A model generated the notes under the pieces. That model saw nothing but the letters and a program-made list of their open reading frames with translations, ran no database searches and was not told the DNA's origin. The position numbers and the translations under genes were made by a program. From a plasmid, in the sequence record NZ_CP044066.1: a stretch of DNA of 64,000 bases; one strand, given 5' to 3'. How positions within the stretch are numbered: the stretch's first letter is position 1; each line of letters opens with the position of its first letter. Below are positions 9,833-20,161 of the stretch, piece after piece.

Positions 9833-10672
9833 CTAAGAGCCCATGACGACGTGAGTTCTCTCTTGCAGTAGTTCGAATTCGAATGTCATGCCCCGTCCGC
9901 TGTTGCAGTTGGCCTTGAGACGCCCGCCATTTCGCTCCATAAGTGCCCGACTGAGCGATAACCCCAAGCCCATACCCCTGGGCTTCGAGAAGTAGAAGGG
10001 TCGAAAAATCCTCGAGAGATCGTCTTTGGCTACACCGCACCCGTTGTCTTGAACGGCAATGCACAACGTGCCATCGCCCGCTTTGACCCGTATGACTATG
10101 GAGCGATCGTCGGTCGAGCATCCATTGGTCACAGCATCAAGCGCGTTGGCCAGCAAGTTCAGGAGCACCAAGCGAATTTCCACCGGGTCTCCCATCGCGC
10201 GCGGTAGTGGCTCTGCAAGATCGCGCTGAATCACGACGCAGCGCGATCTCGCATTCGCGCCCGCAAGTTCCACCGCTTGATCAGTCATATCGCCTACGCT
10301 GAATGGCCGCATGTGCGGCGCTTCCCCAAGGACGAGCGCCCGAACGGCGCGCACGATATCGCTTGCCCGCGACGCGTCGTCTACGATATCGTCCAGAATC
10401 TCACGTAGCAACTTCTGTTCGAGCATGTTCGACGCCAGCAACTCGCGCGCGGCGTGCGCGTTGCTCGTTATAGCCGTGAGCGGCTGGCTCAGTTCATGAG
10501 CCAGCGCACCCGCCAGTGTGGTCAGTCCAGTCCGTTGCGACGCATCTTCCGGCAGGCCTTCTGATTCCCGCGGGATCCGCGCTTGTTCGCCGCTACTTCG
10601 AAATGCCAGGGAGCAAGCACGGATGCCAATACCGACGCTTATGCATAGCATCGATACTGCTAAGGGATGCAT
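9833..10672 (-). CDS. Sensor histidine kinase (FixL/NtrB-like HisKA + HATPase) with a short membrane N-terminus
   Basis: H-box 'LAHELSQPLTAITSNAHAA'. ATP-lid motifs 'LLNLLANALDAV', 'DNGCGV', 'GMGLGLSLS'. Hydrophobic N-terminus 'MHPLAVSMLCISVGIGI'. GAGGAG RBS before the ATG at 10672. It lies 48 bp upstream of the regulator gene. Confidence 0.85.
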   Translation of the reverse strand: MHPLAVSMLCISVGIGIRACSLAFRSSGEQARIPRESEGLPEDASQRTGLTTLAGALAHELSQPLTAITSNAHAARELLASNMLEQKLLREILDDIVDDASRASDIVRAVRALVLGEAPHMRPFSVGDMTDQAVELAGANARSRCVVIQRDLAEPLPRAMGDPVEIRLVLLNLLANALDAVTNGCSTDDRSIVIRVKAGDGTLCIAVQDNGCGVAKDDLSRIFRPFYFSKPRGMGLGLSLSRALMERNGGRLKANCNSGRGMTFEFELLQERTHVVMGS

Positions 10673-10685
10673 GACCGCGCTCCTC

Positions 10686-11120
10686 TCAAATCCCTAGCTT
10701 GCTGATCTTTGTGCCTTCCAGGGACAGGTTTGCCATGAGACCAGCATTGGTGAGGACGAAAGCTATGACCGGTGCGCGCGCGGTATTAGTATTCAACCGA
10801 CCATTTGCGCCGACGCCTATCACTGCAACGGAACCGTCGACACCGGCAGTCCATCCTTTGCTTTGCTGAAAGCTTCGAAGCGAATCCTCTGTCATGAACA
10901 TCAGGATAAGCGCCTTCGATTGAGCGCCCGCAAGCAAACCGAAAGACGCCGTCGTGGTGCGGTAGTACACGCGGGAAGTATTGCCAACGCGCAGCGCGCC
11001 CTCACCATGCTCGGCGCCGACAATGAAGCCTGCCGCGAGTACACGTGGGAAGACCAGCGCACGGTGCGCATCGCTTGCAAGCGAGCTTGACGCCCCCGCA
11101 GTACTGTAGAGGCGAATCAA
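10686..11120 (-). CDS. SYLF/Ysc84-domain protein, apparently 5'-truncated (TTG start, no signal peptide)
   Basis: 'VFPRVLAAGFIVGAEHGEGAL...YYRTTTASFGLLAGAQSKALILMFMTEDSLRSF...GVDGSVAVIGVGANG...LSLEGTKI' matches the SYLF lipid-binding domain core. The ORF begins with TTG at 11120 and lacks the usual N-terminal signal or lipoprotein region. It is directly adjacent to the AT-rich tract. Confidence 0.55.
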   Translation of the reverse strand: MIRLYSTAGASSSLASDAHRALVFPRVLAAGFIVGAEHGEGALRVGNTSRVYYRTTTASFGLLAGAQSKALILMFMTEDSLRSFQQSKGWTAGVDGSVAVIGVGANGRLNTNTARAPVIAFVLTNAGLMANLSLEGTKISKLGI

Positions 11121-11219
11121 GGTACCATCGACGCCTGCATCGATCTCGCGTCTTTTAGCGGCCGCATCCGCGGGGGTCGCTGTGTGAACTCATGGGATCC
11201 ACCGTGATAGCCGGCGCCT

Positions 11220-11560
11220 CGTCGCGTTCAAGCTAGGGATTTTAAAAATCCCAGCCCTGTTGATTTGGCAGTGGAAACTAACTGAGTTTTTATAAAATAG
11301 GTCGACATTGAAATTATCGCAACACCTATTTGCGAATATTTTTTAAAAATAGCAAAGGATTTTTTCGCGGCGGCCTGAAAGTATCTTTATGAAAGCGATG
11401 ATGGATTTTTATGTTGGTAATGAAATTATTTTCTTGCCATAAATTATCCAAAAAAATATAATTGCGTAGGTCAGTAATAGAAGCTAGAGACTCTGCAAGG
11501 TCAGTGTTTTATGAGTCACTGTATTTGTCCATTGCTTACTGATCGGCAGTCTTTGGACGA
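11220..11560. promoter_or_regulatory. ~340-bp AT-rich non-coding tract with an 8-bp-arm palindrome (gggattttaaaaatccc)
   Basis: The sequence 11220-11560 is strikingly AT-rich relative to its flanks ('tttataaaataggtcgacattgaaattatcgc...'). A perfect palindrome 'gggattttaaaaatccc' lies at about 11237-11253. It sits upstream of the SYLF gene. Confidence 0.5.
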
Positions 11561-12352
11561 GTGCGTAAAGATTTGAAGCAAGCTGCGAAGCTTGGGTTTC
11601 CACGATTCAAGGCCGAGGTCTACCCAGTCTGTCTTTGGAGTCGTTGGCCGCCCTTGACCAGCTACCGCAGCAATGCACGAACACGCTCTCCGGAAGGCGA
11701 GTGGCGCACAATGTCATTGTCATGCAAGCGTCTTGGGAGATCGGTGCAGTGCGCATCACGCCGTCTCGGGCGTGGCTGTCACCACGGTCCCATCACGCCG
11801 TATGCGCTCGAAGAAAAGACGCCGTGAGCCCGAGGCAAGTACGTTCCCGGCTATCGCCCACTACTGCGGTGGCGCCAGCCGAATGTGTTGGTTGAGTTGT
11901 GCCGCCCCACGATTGCCCTCTCCGCAGACCCTTCCAACAATGTGTAAGGAAGACACAATCAGGGGGGATCATATAGTTGCTAGCTTGCCGTGTGGCAGAC
12001 ATCTTGCGTTTGTGGGGTTAAACGTGACGTGCTTTCGCCCTTTCGCCTCCCCGCCGGCGATTGTTTGCGGCGTCAATCCTCGGAGAAGCTAATGCAAGGG
12101 GCCGTCTACATACCCCCGCAGCCGGGCCTTCCCTACCTCGCCGTCGTGCTCAGTGCCGATGGTGGTTCGATGATGTGTGCGGCGCCGGTCCCGTCGTTTC
12201 AAGAAGGAGAGAAATACGTGAAGAACATCATCATCAAGCTGAGCGAGTTAGGTAAAGGACTATTGGATCGTTGAGGCTGAGGTTGAGGTCGTCGCGCAAA
12301 ACGACTCACCTATGATGGTCAACCATGCATCGCATCGTCCAAATGCAGCGTT

Positions 12353-14920
12353 TCAGTCGCGAGTATTTGGGTTTCCGCTGGCGCAGGTGTTAGCCAAACG
12401 TGGGTAAGCCTCGGGCGATGTGGGTACGCCGCAGCCGAGTTCATGAAATAGCCCGGTTGGCCCGGCGGAGCCCATGCTGTGCGCCAACGCGAACGCATCG
12501 TCGGGATGTTGCGGCCGGCCGAGCAGATAACCCTGCCCCTCGTCGTATCCTTCTTCGCGCACTACCGCTAGTTGCTCGGGAGTTTCGATTCCTTCAGCAG
12601 TAGTGCGCACACGGAATGCAGCGCCGAGACTGCGCACAGCGTGAAGAATGGCGCGCGCCTCGGTGCTGGTCGCCAGGTCCGATACAAAGGATCGGTCAAG
12701 CTTGATCTTATCGAAAGGAAAGCTGCGCAAGTAGCTTAGCGAAGAATAACCGGTGCCAAAATCATCCATCGCAACGCGCGCGCCCAAGCCGCGCAGATCG
12801 CGGAGCAATTCAAGATTCTCTCGGTCATTTCGCAGCAACACAGATTCGGTAATTTCCAGTTCGAGCCTCGAGACGTCTACGCCCGCATGGTCCACGGCGC
12901 GGCGCACGGCGTCGACTAACTCGCGCCCTCTGAACTGAAGCGGCGAGAGATTAACACCAACACTAATCCCCGATGGCCAACGGGCCAGTTGTCGGCACGC
13001 TTCGCTTAGCACCCAATTTCCAATCGGAACAATCAGACCCGTCTCTTCCGCCAACGGGATGAAATCGGCGGGCGACACAAGGCCATCAGTCGGATGTCGC
13101 CATCGCAGCAGAGCCTCGAAGCTGCGTAGCTGGCCTGAGCGCAGATCATAGATCGGCTGATAGTGAAGCTCGAGTTGCCCAGCCGCAAGCGCGTGATGCA
13201 GGGCACGTTTGCGTTCGAGCCGCTGCTTGGTCCGATCGCCTTGATCGGCTGAGAAGAAACGGTAGATACCTGGCCCTTCTGCCTTGGCTTGATAAAGCGC
13301 CATGTCCGCAGCCTGCAGTAGCTCATCAGCATTGCGCCCATCATTGGGAAAAAGCGCTATTCCGATGCAACCACCCAGTCTCACTGGCGCCTTGTTCAGC
13401 TCGAACGGGCGTGAGAGCTGCTCGACCAAACGCCGCGCCAGGCCTTCCACTGCGTATCGGTCAACGACCTGCTCTTGGATTACAACAAACTCATCCCCCC
13501 CGATGCGAGCCACCGCGTCAGCATCGGCCACGCATTCGAGCAGCCGACTAGCTACCTGCTGGAGCACGACATCGCCGGCATAATGGCCAAACGCATCGTT
13601 GACGCCTTTGAAGCCGTCCAGATCAATGTACAGCAGCGCGGCGAGCGTATCCGTTCCTGCCGCAGTGATAGTCTGCTCAATGCGTTCGCGCCAAAGCAGA
13701 CGATTAGCGATACCGGTCAGGGGATCATGGCGCGCCGTGTGCGCGAGTGCTTCTTGGTTAGCAAGCAACTGGTGCTCAGCATTCTTACGCTGGGAGATAT
13801 CGCGAAAAAACACTGAGAGGCCGTCGGCAGTCGGATACACATGGACTTCATACCAGGCCTGAAGTATTTTCATGTGATGCTCAAACACGATCGGTCTCTG
13901 AGTAGTGACGGCAGTCCGATAATGTTCCGCGAAGACTCCATCTCGCTCTTCCGGGAAAATGTCCCACACCACGCGCCCGATGGCGGGGTTGCGCCCCGCC
14001 ATCGCGCGTAACGCATTGCCATTGAAGTAGGTCAGGCGTAAGGAGTGGTCGAGTTGCACCACGCTATCGGTCGTACTCTCGAGTACGGCCGACAAGCGGC
14101 TAGCAAGCGCCTCGATCGCCATGGTCGCCGACTTGCGCTCGTCGACGTCTTCGAGTGTGCCATACCAGCGGATGACGTTCCCACAGTCGTCAGTCCGAGC
14201 GGCTGCACGCGCGCGGTGCCAGCGGTAAGTGTCATCCCACAGCTTTACACGATATTCCAGATCCACCGCTTGCTGCGTGGCAACGGCCTCGGCCCACGCT
14301 TCGCGCACGCGTGGCAGATCGTCCGGATGCACGCAACGCGTCCACCCGTCACCCAATGCATCATCCACGGGCATGCCTGTGAGCTCGGTCCAGCGCGGAC
14401 CGGCCTCAGTAATCCATCCCGTGGGATCGGCGGTCCAGGGGATCTCTGGGCTCAATTCGACCGCAGATCGATAGTGCGCCTCGCTCTCCAAGAGTGCCTG
14501 CTCGATGCGGTGTTTATCAGTGATGTCAGTGATCCAGACAAGCAACAAAGGCTCGTCCGAACCTTGCACCCATATCGGGCGCTTGCGGGTACGGAGAACC
14601 CGAGCGTCGCAGCCCGGCATCTGAAATACTTCCGTCGTCTCTCGGTACTCGCCGCGATCGAATACTTGGTCGTGGATAGCCCGGTACTCCGCTGCCCGCT
14701 CTGCAGTAAAAAGCTCGTTGTCTGTACGTCCAATTAGCTCCTGAGCGGGTCGCTGCATGAGTTGACACATCGCCGGGTTCACGAACAACCAGACGCTGCG
14801 CCGGTTCTTCAGCAGCAGAGGCTCCGGAAATTGGCGCCATATTTCCTCGAGGGTCCCGGTTGGTAATGGTGGGCATTCGGGCCTCAGGTCTTCTTTCAGC
14901 TCTGGCAACGATCCCCCCAT
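12353..14920 (-). CDS. PAS/PAC-GGDEF-EAL c-di-GMP turnover protein
   Basis: 855 aa. Multiple PAS-like segments. GGDEF motif in 'RIGGDEFVVI'. EAL domain with 'EALLRWRHP' and 'DDFGTGYSSLSYL'. Confidence 0.9.
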   Translation of the reverse strand: MGGSLPELKEDLRPECPPLPTGTLEEIWRQFPEPLLLKNRRSVWLFVNPAMCQLMQRPAQELIGRTDNELFTAERAAEYRAIHDQVFDRGEYRETTEVFQMPGCDARVLRTRKRPIWVQGSDEPLLLVWITDITDKHRIEQALLESEAHYRSAVELSPEIPWTADPTGWITEAGPRWTELTGMPVDDALGDGWTRCVHPDDLPRVREAWAEAVATQQAVDLEYRVKLWDDTYRWHRARAAARTDDCGNVIRWYGTLEDVDERKSATMAIEALASRLSAVLESTTDSVVQLDHSLRLTYFNGNALRAMAGRNPAIGRVVWDIFPEERDGVFAEHYRTAVTTQRPIVFEHHMKILQAWYEVHVYPTADGLSVFFRDISQRKNAEHQLLANQEALAHTARHDPLTGIANRLLWRERIEQTITAAGTDTLAALLYIDLDGFKGVNDAFGHYAGDVVLQQVASRLLECVADADAVARIGGDEFVVIQEQVVDRYAVEGLARRLVEQLSRPFELNKAPVRLGGCIGIALFPNDGRNADELLQAADMALYQAKAEGPGIYRFFSADQGDRTKQRLERKRALHHALAAGQLELHYQPIYDLRSGQLRSFEALLRWRHPTDGLVSPADFIPLAEETGLIVPIGNWVLSEACRQLARWPSGISVGVNLSPLQFRGRELVDAVRRAVDHAGVDVSRLELEITESVLLRNDRENLELLRDLRGLGARVAMDDFGTGYSSLSYLRSFPFDKIKLDRSFVSDLATSTEARAILHAVRSLGAAFRVRTTAEGIETPEQLAVVREEGYDEGQGYLLGRPQHPDDAFALAHSMGSAGPTGLFHELGCGVPTSPEAYPRLANTCASGNPNTRD

Positions 14921-15566
14921 GGAAACGCTTTATCGTCGTGTGTTGAAGTACAGGCACTATGCTGCGCGCAATGCTGGCAGATGGAACTGCAAGCCATTAT
15001 CGGCATTAACTCGCAAAAAATTTATGAAGGATTAGCCCTAGGGCACAGTATCAACACAACGGACGGACAATAAGGCCCTTTTTTAGAGGGATGCCAATTT
15101 AAGATCAGCGTGCTCCATGTTGGAGGTAAGTCGCTTCGGCTGTGTGCCGGCCCACGGAACTTCCTAGTCGCGCCACATGCGGCAGAGCTTGGCGTGCGGC
15201 GCGGGAGGCTCTCCAGGGGACGGCCCCCCTGAATACAGTTCGAGATGTTGCAAATTATCAGGACGCCACATGCTTCGAGGATGCAGCCTGCTTTATAGCG
15301 GGCTCCCGCCAAGCCGAAGCCGTCGAGCCTCACTTACCGTTCGGGCGTGACGCTTGTTCAACAGCGTGGGGACAAACTCGATGCGATTTCAAAGCCCGAT
15401 TCACCTCAGGCCGCGCGCTCTTACCCGGTTCTCGAATCGTCGCGCGTTTGATCGCGAGCCTAACGACTCTGCGAGTCATGGATACGTTGGTGTGCTTGGC
15501 GCTGGCCTTTAGGCACCAGCGCATAGCAGCGATCAAAAAAATCCCCGAGTCGCGAGCCGAGCGCAG

Positions 15567-16535
15567 CTACTGCCGCGGGCGCCTCTCCCTCGCCTCCGTT
15601 TCGCATTCACGGGCAGGCCTGCGGGGCACCAGCACGTCGTTGTTCTTGATCGTTGGCTTGGGCAGCCCCTTGCGCGACCCGTATCGATTCGCGTAGAGCC
15701 ACGTGAACTCTGCCCCAAGCAAGAAGATCTGAGCAGAGTAGTAGACCCAAATAAGTACGACTACGAGTGAGCCTGCAGCACCGTAGCCTGATGCGACGCC
15801 AGCCTTCCCAATGTATAAGCCGATCAGGAGCTTCCCGAATTTGAACAGCGCCGAGGTGACCAGCGCGCCAAGCCAGACGTCTGGCCATCGTACGTTGGCA
15901 TGCGGAATGGTTTTGTAGATCAATGCAAAGGCGACTGTCACCAAGCTGAAGCTGAGTAACGTGTCAGCGCCGTGCGCAAGGGCTTCAATCTCGGACAGCG
16001 GCAGCCAAGCTCGCCCTAGCGCGGAGAGCGCGGCGCTGGCCACCAGCGACACAATCAGCAGAAAGCCGATACCAAGGACCATCCCGAATGAGAGCACGCG
16101 GGTACGGAAAAACTCCACGATGCCGGATGCCTTCTTGCGTTCTGGCGCGCGCCAAATGCGATCGAGCGCATCCTGCAGCTCTGCAAATACGGTTGTCGCC
16201 CCGATGAATAGTGCCGCCACGCCGATGACTGCCGTCACCCGAGTCGCACCAGGACGATTCACGGATACCAGCATCGCCTCAATGGCCGCCGCTCCCTCAG
16301 GCCCAACAAGGCCTCCGATTCGATGCACGACAGCACCACGAGCGGCTTCCGCGCCGAATGCCACCCCTGCCACCGTGATGACGATCAGTAGCAGCGGTGC
16401 GACGGAGAAAACAGTGTAGTACGCAAGCGTGGCGCCCATGCTGGGTGCGTAATCATCGAGCCAAGCGGAAACAGTATCCCTCAGCAGGAGGAAGATGCTG
16501 CGAGACGGCGAACATCGGTCAGCTTTTTTTTGCAT
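15567..16535 (-). CDS. YihY/BrkB-family inner membrane protein
   Basis: 'LLRDTVSAWLDDYAPSMGATLAYYTVFSVAPLLLIVITVAG' is the characteristic YihY/BrkB N-terminus. The protein has multiple TM segments. Confidence 0.85.
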   Translation of the reverse strand: MQKKADRCSPSRSIFLLLRDTVSAWLDDYAPSMGATLAYYTVFSVAPLLLIVITVAGVAFGAEAARGAVVHRIGGLVGPEGAAAIEAMLVSVNRPGATRVTAVIGVAALFIGATTVFAELQDALDRIWRAPERKKASGIVEFFRTRVLSFGMVLGIGFLLIVSLVASAALSALGRAWLPLSEIEALAHGADTLLSFSLVTVAFALIYKTIPHANVRWPDVWLGALVTSALFKFGKLLIGLYIGKAGVASGYGAAGSLVVVLIWVYYSAQIFLLGAEFTWLYANRYGSRKGLPKPTIKNNDVLVPRRPARECETEARERRPRQ

Positions 16536-17619
16536 TGGGTGGGATAATCAGAGCGCCACTGTAAGCGTGGTGACTCCTGACGCAATCGGCGCAATATCGA
16601 TGCCATGCCATCTTACGTACACGCCGCCGCACATGCGTTGCGTTACTCCATAGGGGAAAACACGGATGCCTTTGCCAGCTTAAACCCGATCTTACAAACT
16701 TTCATTTGTTTCAGGCGTTAAGTACAAATAGGATGCCTACCGAGGTTATTGATACCTGCGGAATGCTCCCCGTTCTGCTAGGTTATTTGAAGCGCGGTTC
16801 ATCCTGCGCTTTTTTTTTGAGTGAGGCCTGCGCATGCCGTGCCTGCTGAAGAGGTGCGCGCGGCTTGAAGCACTCGCGAGGCCACATCGGCATTGTGCGG
16901 CCGGCGATGCCCCCGCTACCGCGCAGGAGCAAGCGACGCAGCTAGAAGCGACTCTCTGAACATGGAGGCGCCGCTCGAGCACCAGTTAACAGGCGCTGGC
17001 ACCAGGTCACGAATTTCACCAAGGCAACCCTCCCCTTTCTTTCCTACGCAGTTGCGGCTTGGCCGCTAGTGACGACGGCCTTCGCGACAGAACGTCGTCT
17101 CCACGACGGTTGCATCCGCTCATCATCCCAAAGCCTTGCACACTACAAAGCCGGTGCACAACGGGGTCTGATGTGGAAGTCCACATCAAATGCACCCATC
17201 GAATTTACCCGTTGCGCGGCACCATGGTCGTTGAGGGAGCCCTCGCGCCTCGAAATACCTCACTTCGACGCAGGAGTGACTGCGGCTGGAATGCCGGGAC
17301 GCGCCTTTAGCCGACCTGCAAACAGCATCGGCATTGCCATACTCGCAAGTGTGTGCTTGTCGCCCACGCCCGGCACGAACAGTGTGGCTCTGCCCGCGTT
17401 CGCCTTACTGGCCCTGTCTCATTAGGGTATCCAGCGCCCTGCTCTGCGGATCGAAGATGAGCTTCTATGTTCGATGACGCCGGCGGCGCGCCCGTGACAA
17501 ACATGACCTCCGGTAACAATGCGCACGCCGTGACGGCCCTCGGGTTCGAAGCACCGGATATGAGCCCACGCATACTGCGCAAATCGCATGGAATCGATTT
17601 GCTACTTGGCCACTAGCCC

Positions 17620-19167
17620 CTATTCCTCCTGAAATGCCACTTCTCGCTTGGCTTTGATCGACGGCATAGCCACGATGAGAACCAACAGCGCAGCGGCGAT
17701 CAGCAGGCCAAGCGACAGCGGGCGGGTCACGAACACGGTGAAGGCGCCGCGCGACAGCAGCAGCGAACGGCGGAAGTTCTCCTCCATCATCGGTCCCAGC
17801 ACGAAGCCGAGCAGCAGCGGGGCCGGTTCGCACTTCAGCTTGATGAACAGGTAGCCGATCAGGCCGAAGGCCGCGGTCTGGAACACGTCGAACGTGGTGT
17901 TCTGGACCGAGTACACGCCGATGCAGCAGAACGTCAGGATGGCCGGGAACAGGAAGCGGTACGGCACCTTCAGCAGCTTCACCCAGATACCGATCATCGG
18001 CAGGTTCAGGATGATCAGGATGAAGTTACCGATCCACATCGAGGCGATCAGGCCCCAGAACAGCGCGGGGTTGCTGGTCATGACCTGCGGACCCGGCTGG
18101 ATGTTGTGGATGGTCATTGCACCGACCATCAGCGCCATCACGGCATTCGGCGGAATGCCGAGCGTCAGCAGCGGGATGAACGAGGTCTGTGCCGCGGCGT
18201 TGTTGGCCGACTCCGGACCCGCCACGCCTTCGATCGCGCCCTTGCCGAATTCATGCGCGTACTTCGAGGTCTTCTTCTCGAGCGAGTAGGCCGCGAACGA
18301 AGCCAGTGCAGCGCCTCCCCCCGGAAGAATGCCCAATGCCGAACCGAGCAGCGTGCCACGTAGAATGGCTGGGATCATGCGCCTGAAGTCTTCCTTTGTC
18401 GGGAAAAGATTGGTCACGTGATCCGTGAAGGTCTCTCGATCCTCCTTCTGCTCGAGGTTCGCGATAATTTCCGCGAAGCCGAACACACCCATTGCCACGG
18501 ACACGAAGTTCAGGCCGTCGGTCAGTTCGGGCACGTCGAACGAGAAGCGCGCCGCGCCCGAGTTCACGTCGGTACCGACCAGGCCCAGCAGCAGACCCAG
18601 CACGATCATCGCGATGGCCTTGACGAGCGAGCCGGACGCCAGCACCACGGCACCGATCAGGCCCAGCACCATCAGCGAGAAGTATTCGGCGGGACCGAAC
18701 TTGAACGCCAGCTCCGACAGCGGTGCGGCAAACGCGGCCAGGATCAGCGTGGCCACGCAGCCGGCGAAGAACGAGCCGAGGCCCGCTGTCGCGAGTGCCA
18801 CACCCGCGCGTCCTCGCCGCGCCATCTGATACCCGTCGATCGTTGTCACCACCGACGACGATTCACCGGGCAGGTTCACCAGAATGGCCGTGGTGGAGCC
18901 GCCGTACTGCGCGCCGTAGTAGATACCGGCCAGCATGATCAGCGCGGCCACCGGGGGCAGCGTGTACGTGACGGGCAGCAGCATCGCGATGGTTGCGAGC
19001 GGGCCGAGGCCCGGCAGCACGCCGATCAGCGTGCCCAGGATACAGCCGAGGAACGCGTACGCGAGGTTCTGGAAGGAGAGGGCGGTCGAGAAGCCCAGGC
19101 CGAGGTTGGATAGAAGTTCCATGAGGCTGGCACCTAAACTGATTAGACAAGTCGACCGAAGGGGCAT
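17620..19167 (-). CDS. tctA: Tripartite tricarboxylate transporter TctA-family permease
   Basis: 515 aa. 'MELLSNLGLGFSTALSFQNLAYAFLGCILGTLIGVLPGLGPLATIAMLLPVTY' is a typical TctA N-terminus. Very high GC3. Confidence 0.9.
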   Translation of the reverse strand: MPLRSTCLISLGASLMELLSNLGLGFSTALSFQNLAYAFLGCILGTLIGVLPGLGPLATIAMLLPVTYTLPPVAALIMLAGIYYGAQYGGSTTAILVNLPGESSSVVTTIDGYQMARRGRAGVALATAGLGSFFAGCVATLILAAFAAPLSELAFKFGPAEYFSLMVLGLIGAVVLASGSLVKAIAMIVLGLLLGLVGTDVNSGAARFSFDVPELTDGLNFVSVAMGVFGFAEIIANLEQKEDRETFTDHVTNLFPTKEDFRRMIPAILRGTLLGSALGILPGGGAALASFAAYSLEKKTSKYAHEFGKGAIEGVAGPESANNAAAQTSFIPLLTLGIPPNAVMALMVGAMTIHNIQPGPQVMTSNPALFWGLIASMWIGNFILIILNLPMIGIWVKLLKVPYRFLFPAILTFCCIGVYSVQNTTFDVFQTAAFGLIGYLFIKLKCEPAPLLLGFVLGPMMEENFRRSLLLSRGAFTVFVTRPLSLGLLIAAALLVLIVAMPSIKAKREVAFQEE

Positions 19168-19557
19168 CGGCGATTGATGCCGTACACGCGACCCATGCTG
19201 ATTAGCCGGACGCGTTCATGACCGAACATCGGGTAAACGAACACAAGAACCAAGTCCGACAGGGCCAAACGAAAAGCTCCACCCAGCAGTCCGCACTGCG
19301 CCGCGGAGTCGGGCACACACAGCGGGATCCTCGGGCCCGAGCAGGACAGATGAGTGTCTTCTGCGTTCGAAGATAGCGCGTCTTTTAGGACCTGCTCGCT
19401 CGGCAGGGTGCGCACGACCCCGAGCGCTGATGGAAAGCATTCCTCCCCGCTATCCGGGGCAGTCTCAACGAAGCGTGGGCGACAAAGGAAGCGTCAATCC
19501 GACGAGAATGAACAACAGACCGGAAACAAGATCCTTTTGGTCACGTGTGCGGTGCAT
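19168..19557 (-). pseudogene. Probable disrupted tctB (small TctB-like membrane subunit with a premature stop)
   Basis: The minus-strand ATG at 19557 is preceded by GGGGGGA. It reads 'MHRTRDQKDLVSGLLFILVGLTLPLSPTLR*', a TctB-like start, then stops after 30 codons. A further weakly hydrophobic reading continues in another frame down to the tctA start. No tctC is nearby. Confidence 0.35.
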
Positions 19558-19999
19558 AACTCACCGTCCCCCCTGATTTCATGCTTCGGGCCGCTCGGTG
19601 GTTCTCGAGTTCATCTTCTGCTTGCGACTGCACTGGGTGAGTGAAAACTAGGGGTCGAAACTTTCAATCTCCTTTCAGTTGTATGGTGTTGCGGGTATTC
19701 ACCTGTGAGGAGCGACACCGGCTTTCACTATCGAAGTCAGGCGAGGTCTTCCGCGGGTGCGGAAGGGCTCTGCCGACAAGTGGCGGCGAGGGTTGATGTA
19801 TGTAATTGCTGCCGAATGATGCAGTTCTGCTGAACGCGATCAACATGCGCGATGCAGTTTGACTGGCCCCGCCGCCCTCGCGACATGCTTGCGTAACGAT
19901 CAAGGCCGTGTGGCTCGGTTTGTGCATGCAGCCTCCAAGCAGGCGTGCAACACGCAGCGTCGGTGCTCGCGCCGTGGCAGACCTACTGGAGGTACAGTG

Positions 20000-20161
20000 A
20001 TGACTCAGACCCCAAAGCCCCGCGAAGAGAAGAACATTCCCGAGTTGCCGCCAGCCGAGAGGCGTCCCGATAAAGATCAGCAAGACGCGCCGATGTATGA
20101 CGAGGGGCTAGGTACGCCTCCGCGTCAGCCTGGGCAAATCGACATCAAGCAAACACGGTAG
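20000..20161 (+). CDS. Small hydrophilic Pro/Glu-rich protein (53 aa), hydrophilin-like
   Basis: ATG at 20000 is preceded by 'ggaggt' at 7-nt spacing. Product 'MTQTPKPREEKNIPELPPAERRPDKDQQDAPMYDEGLGTPPRQPGQIDIKQTR' has no hydrophobic segment. Confidence 0.5.
   Translation: MTQTPKPREEKNIPELPPAERRPDKDQQDAPMYDEGLGTPPRQPGQIDIKQTR

Noticed and set aside
9786-10121. N-terminal 112-aa extension of the response-regulator ORF (track ORF 9144-10121)
   Set aside because: The extension overlaps the kinase gene, has no receiver homology, and an ATG with GGAG lies exactly at the start of the receiver domain (9785).
12160-12274. Tiny ORF 'VKNIIIKLSELGKGLLDR' with AAGGAGAG-GTG in a lower-GC patch downstream of the GGDEF-EAL gene
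   Set aside because: It is too short to support and has no conserved context. It could be a leader peptide, but there is no evidence for that.
16536-17619. ~1.1-kb gene-less gap between yihY and tctA, scanned for a tRNA or small RNA and for a T9 tract at about 16802
   Set aside because: No cloverleaf-compatible sequence and no convincing hairpin precede the T-run. All the ORFs are weak antisense or low-complexity frames.
18418-19113. 231-aa ORF on the + strand rich in His, Arg and Gln, opposite tctA
   Set aside because: It is an antisense artefact of a high-GC3 gene and has low-complexity composition.
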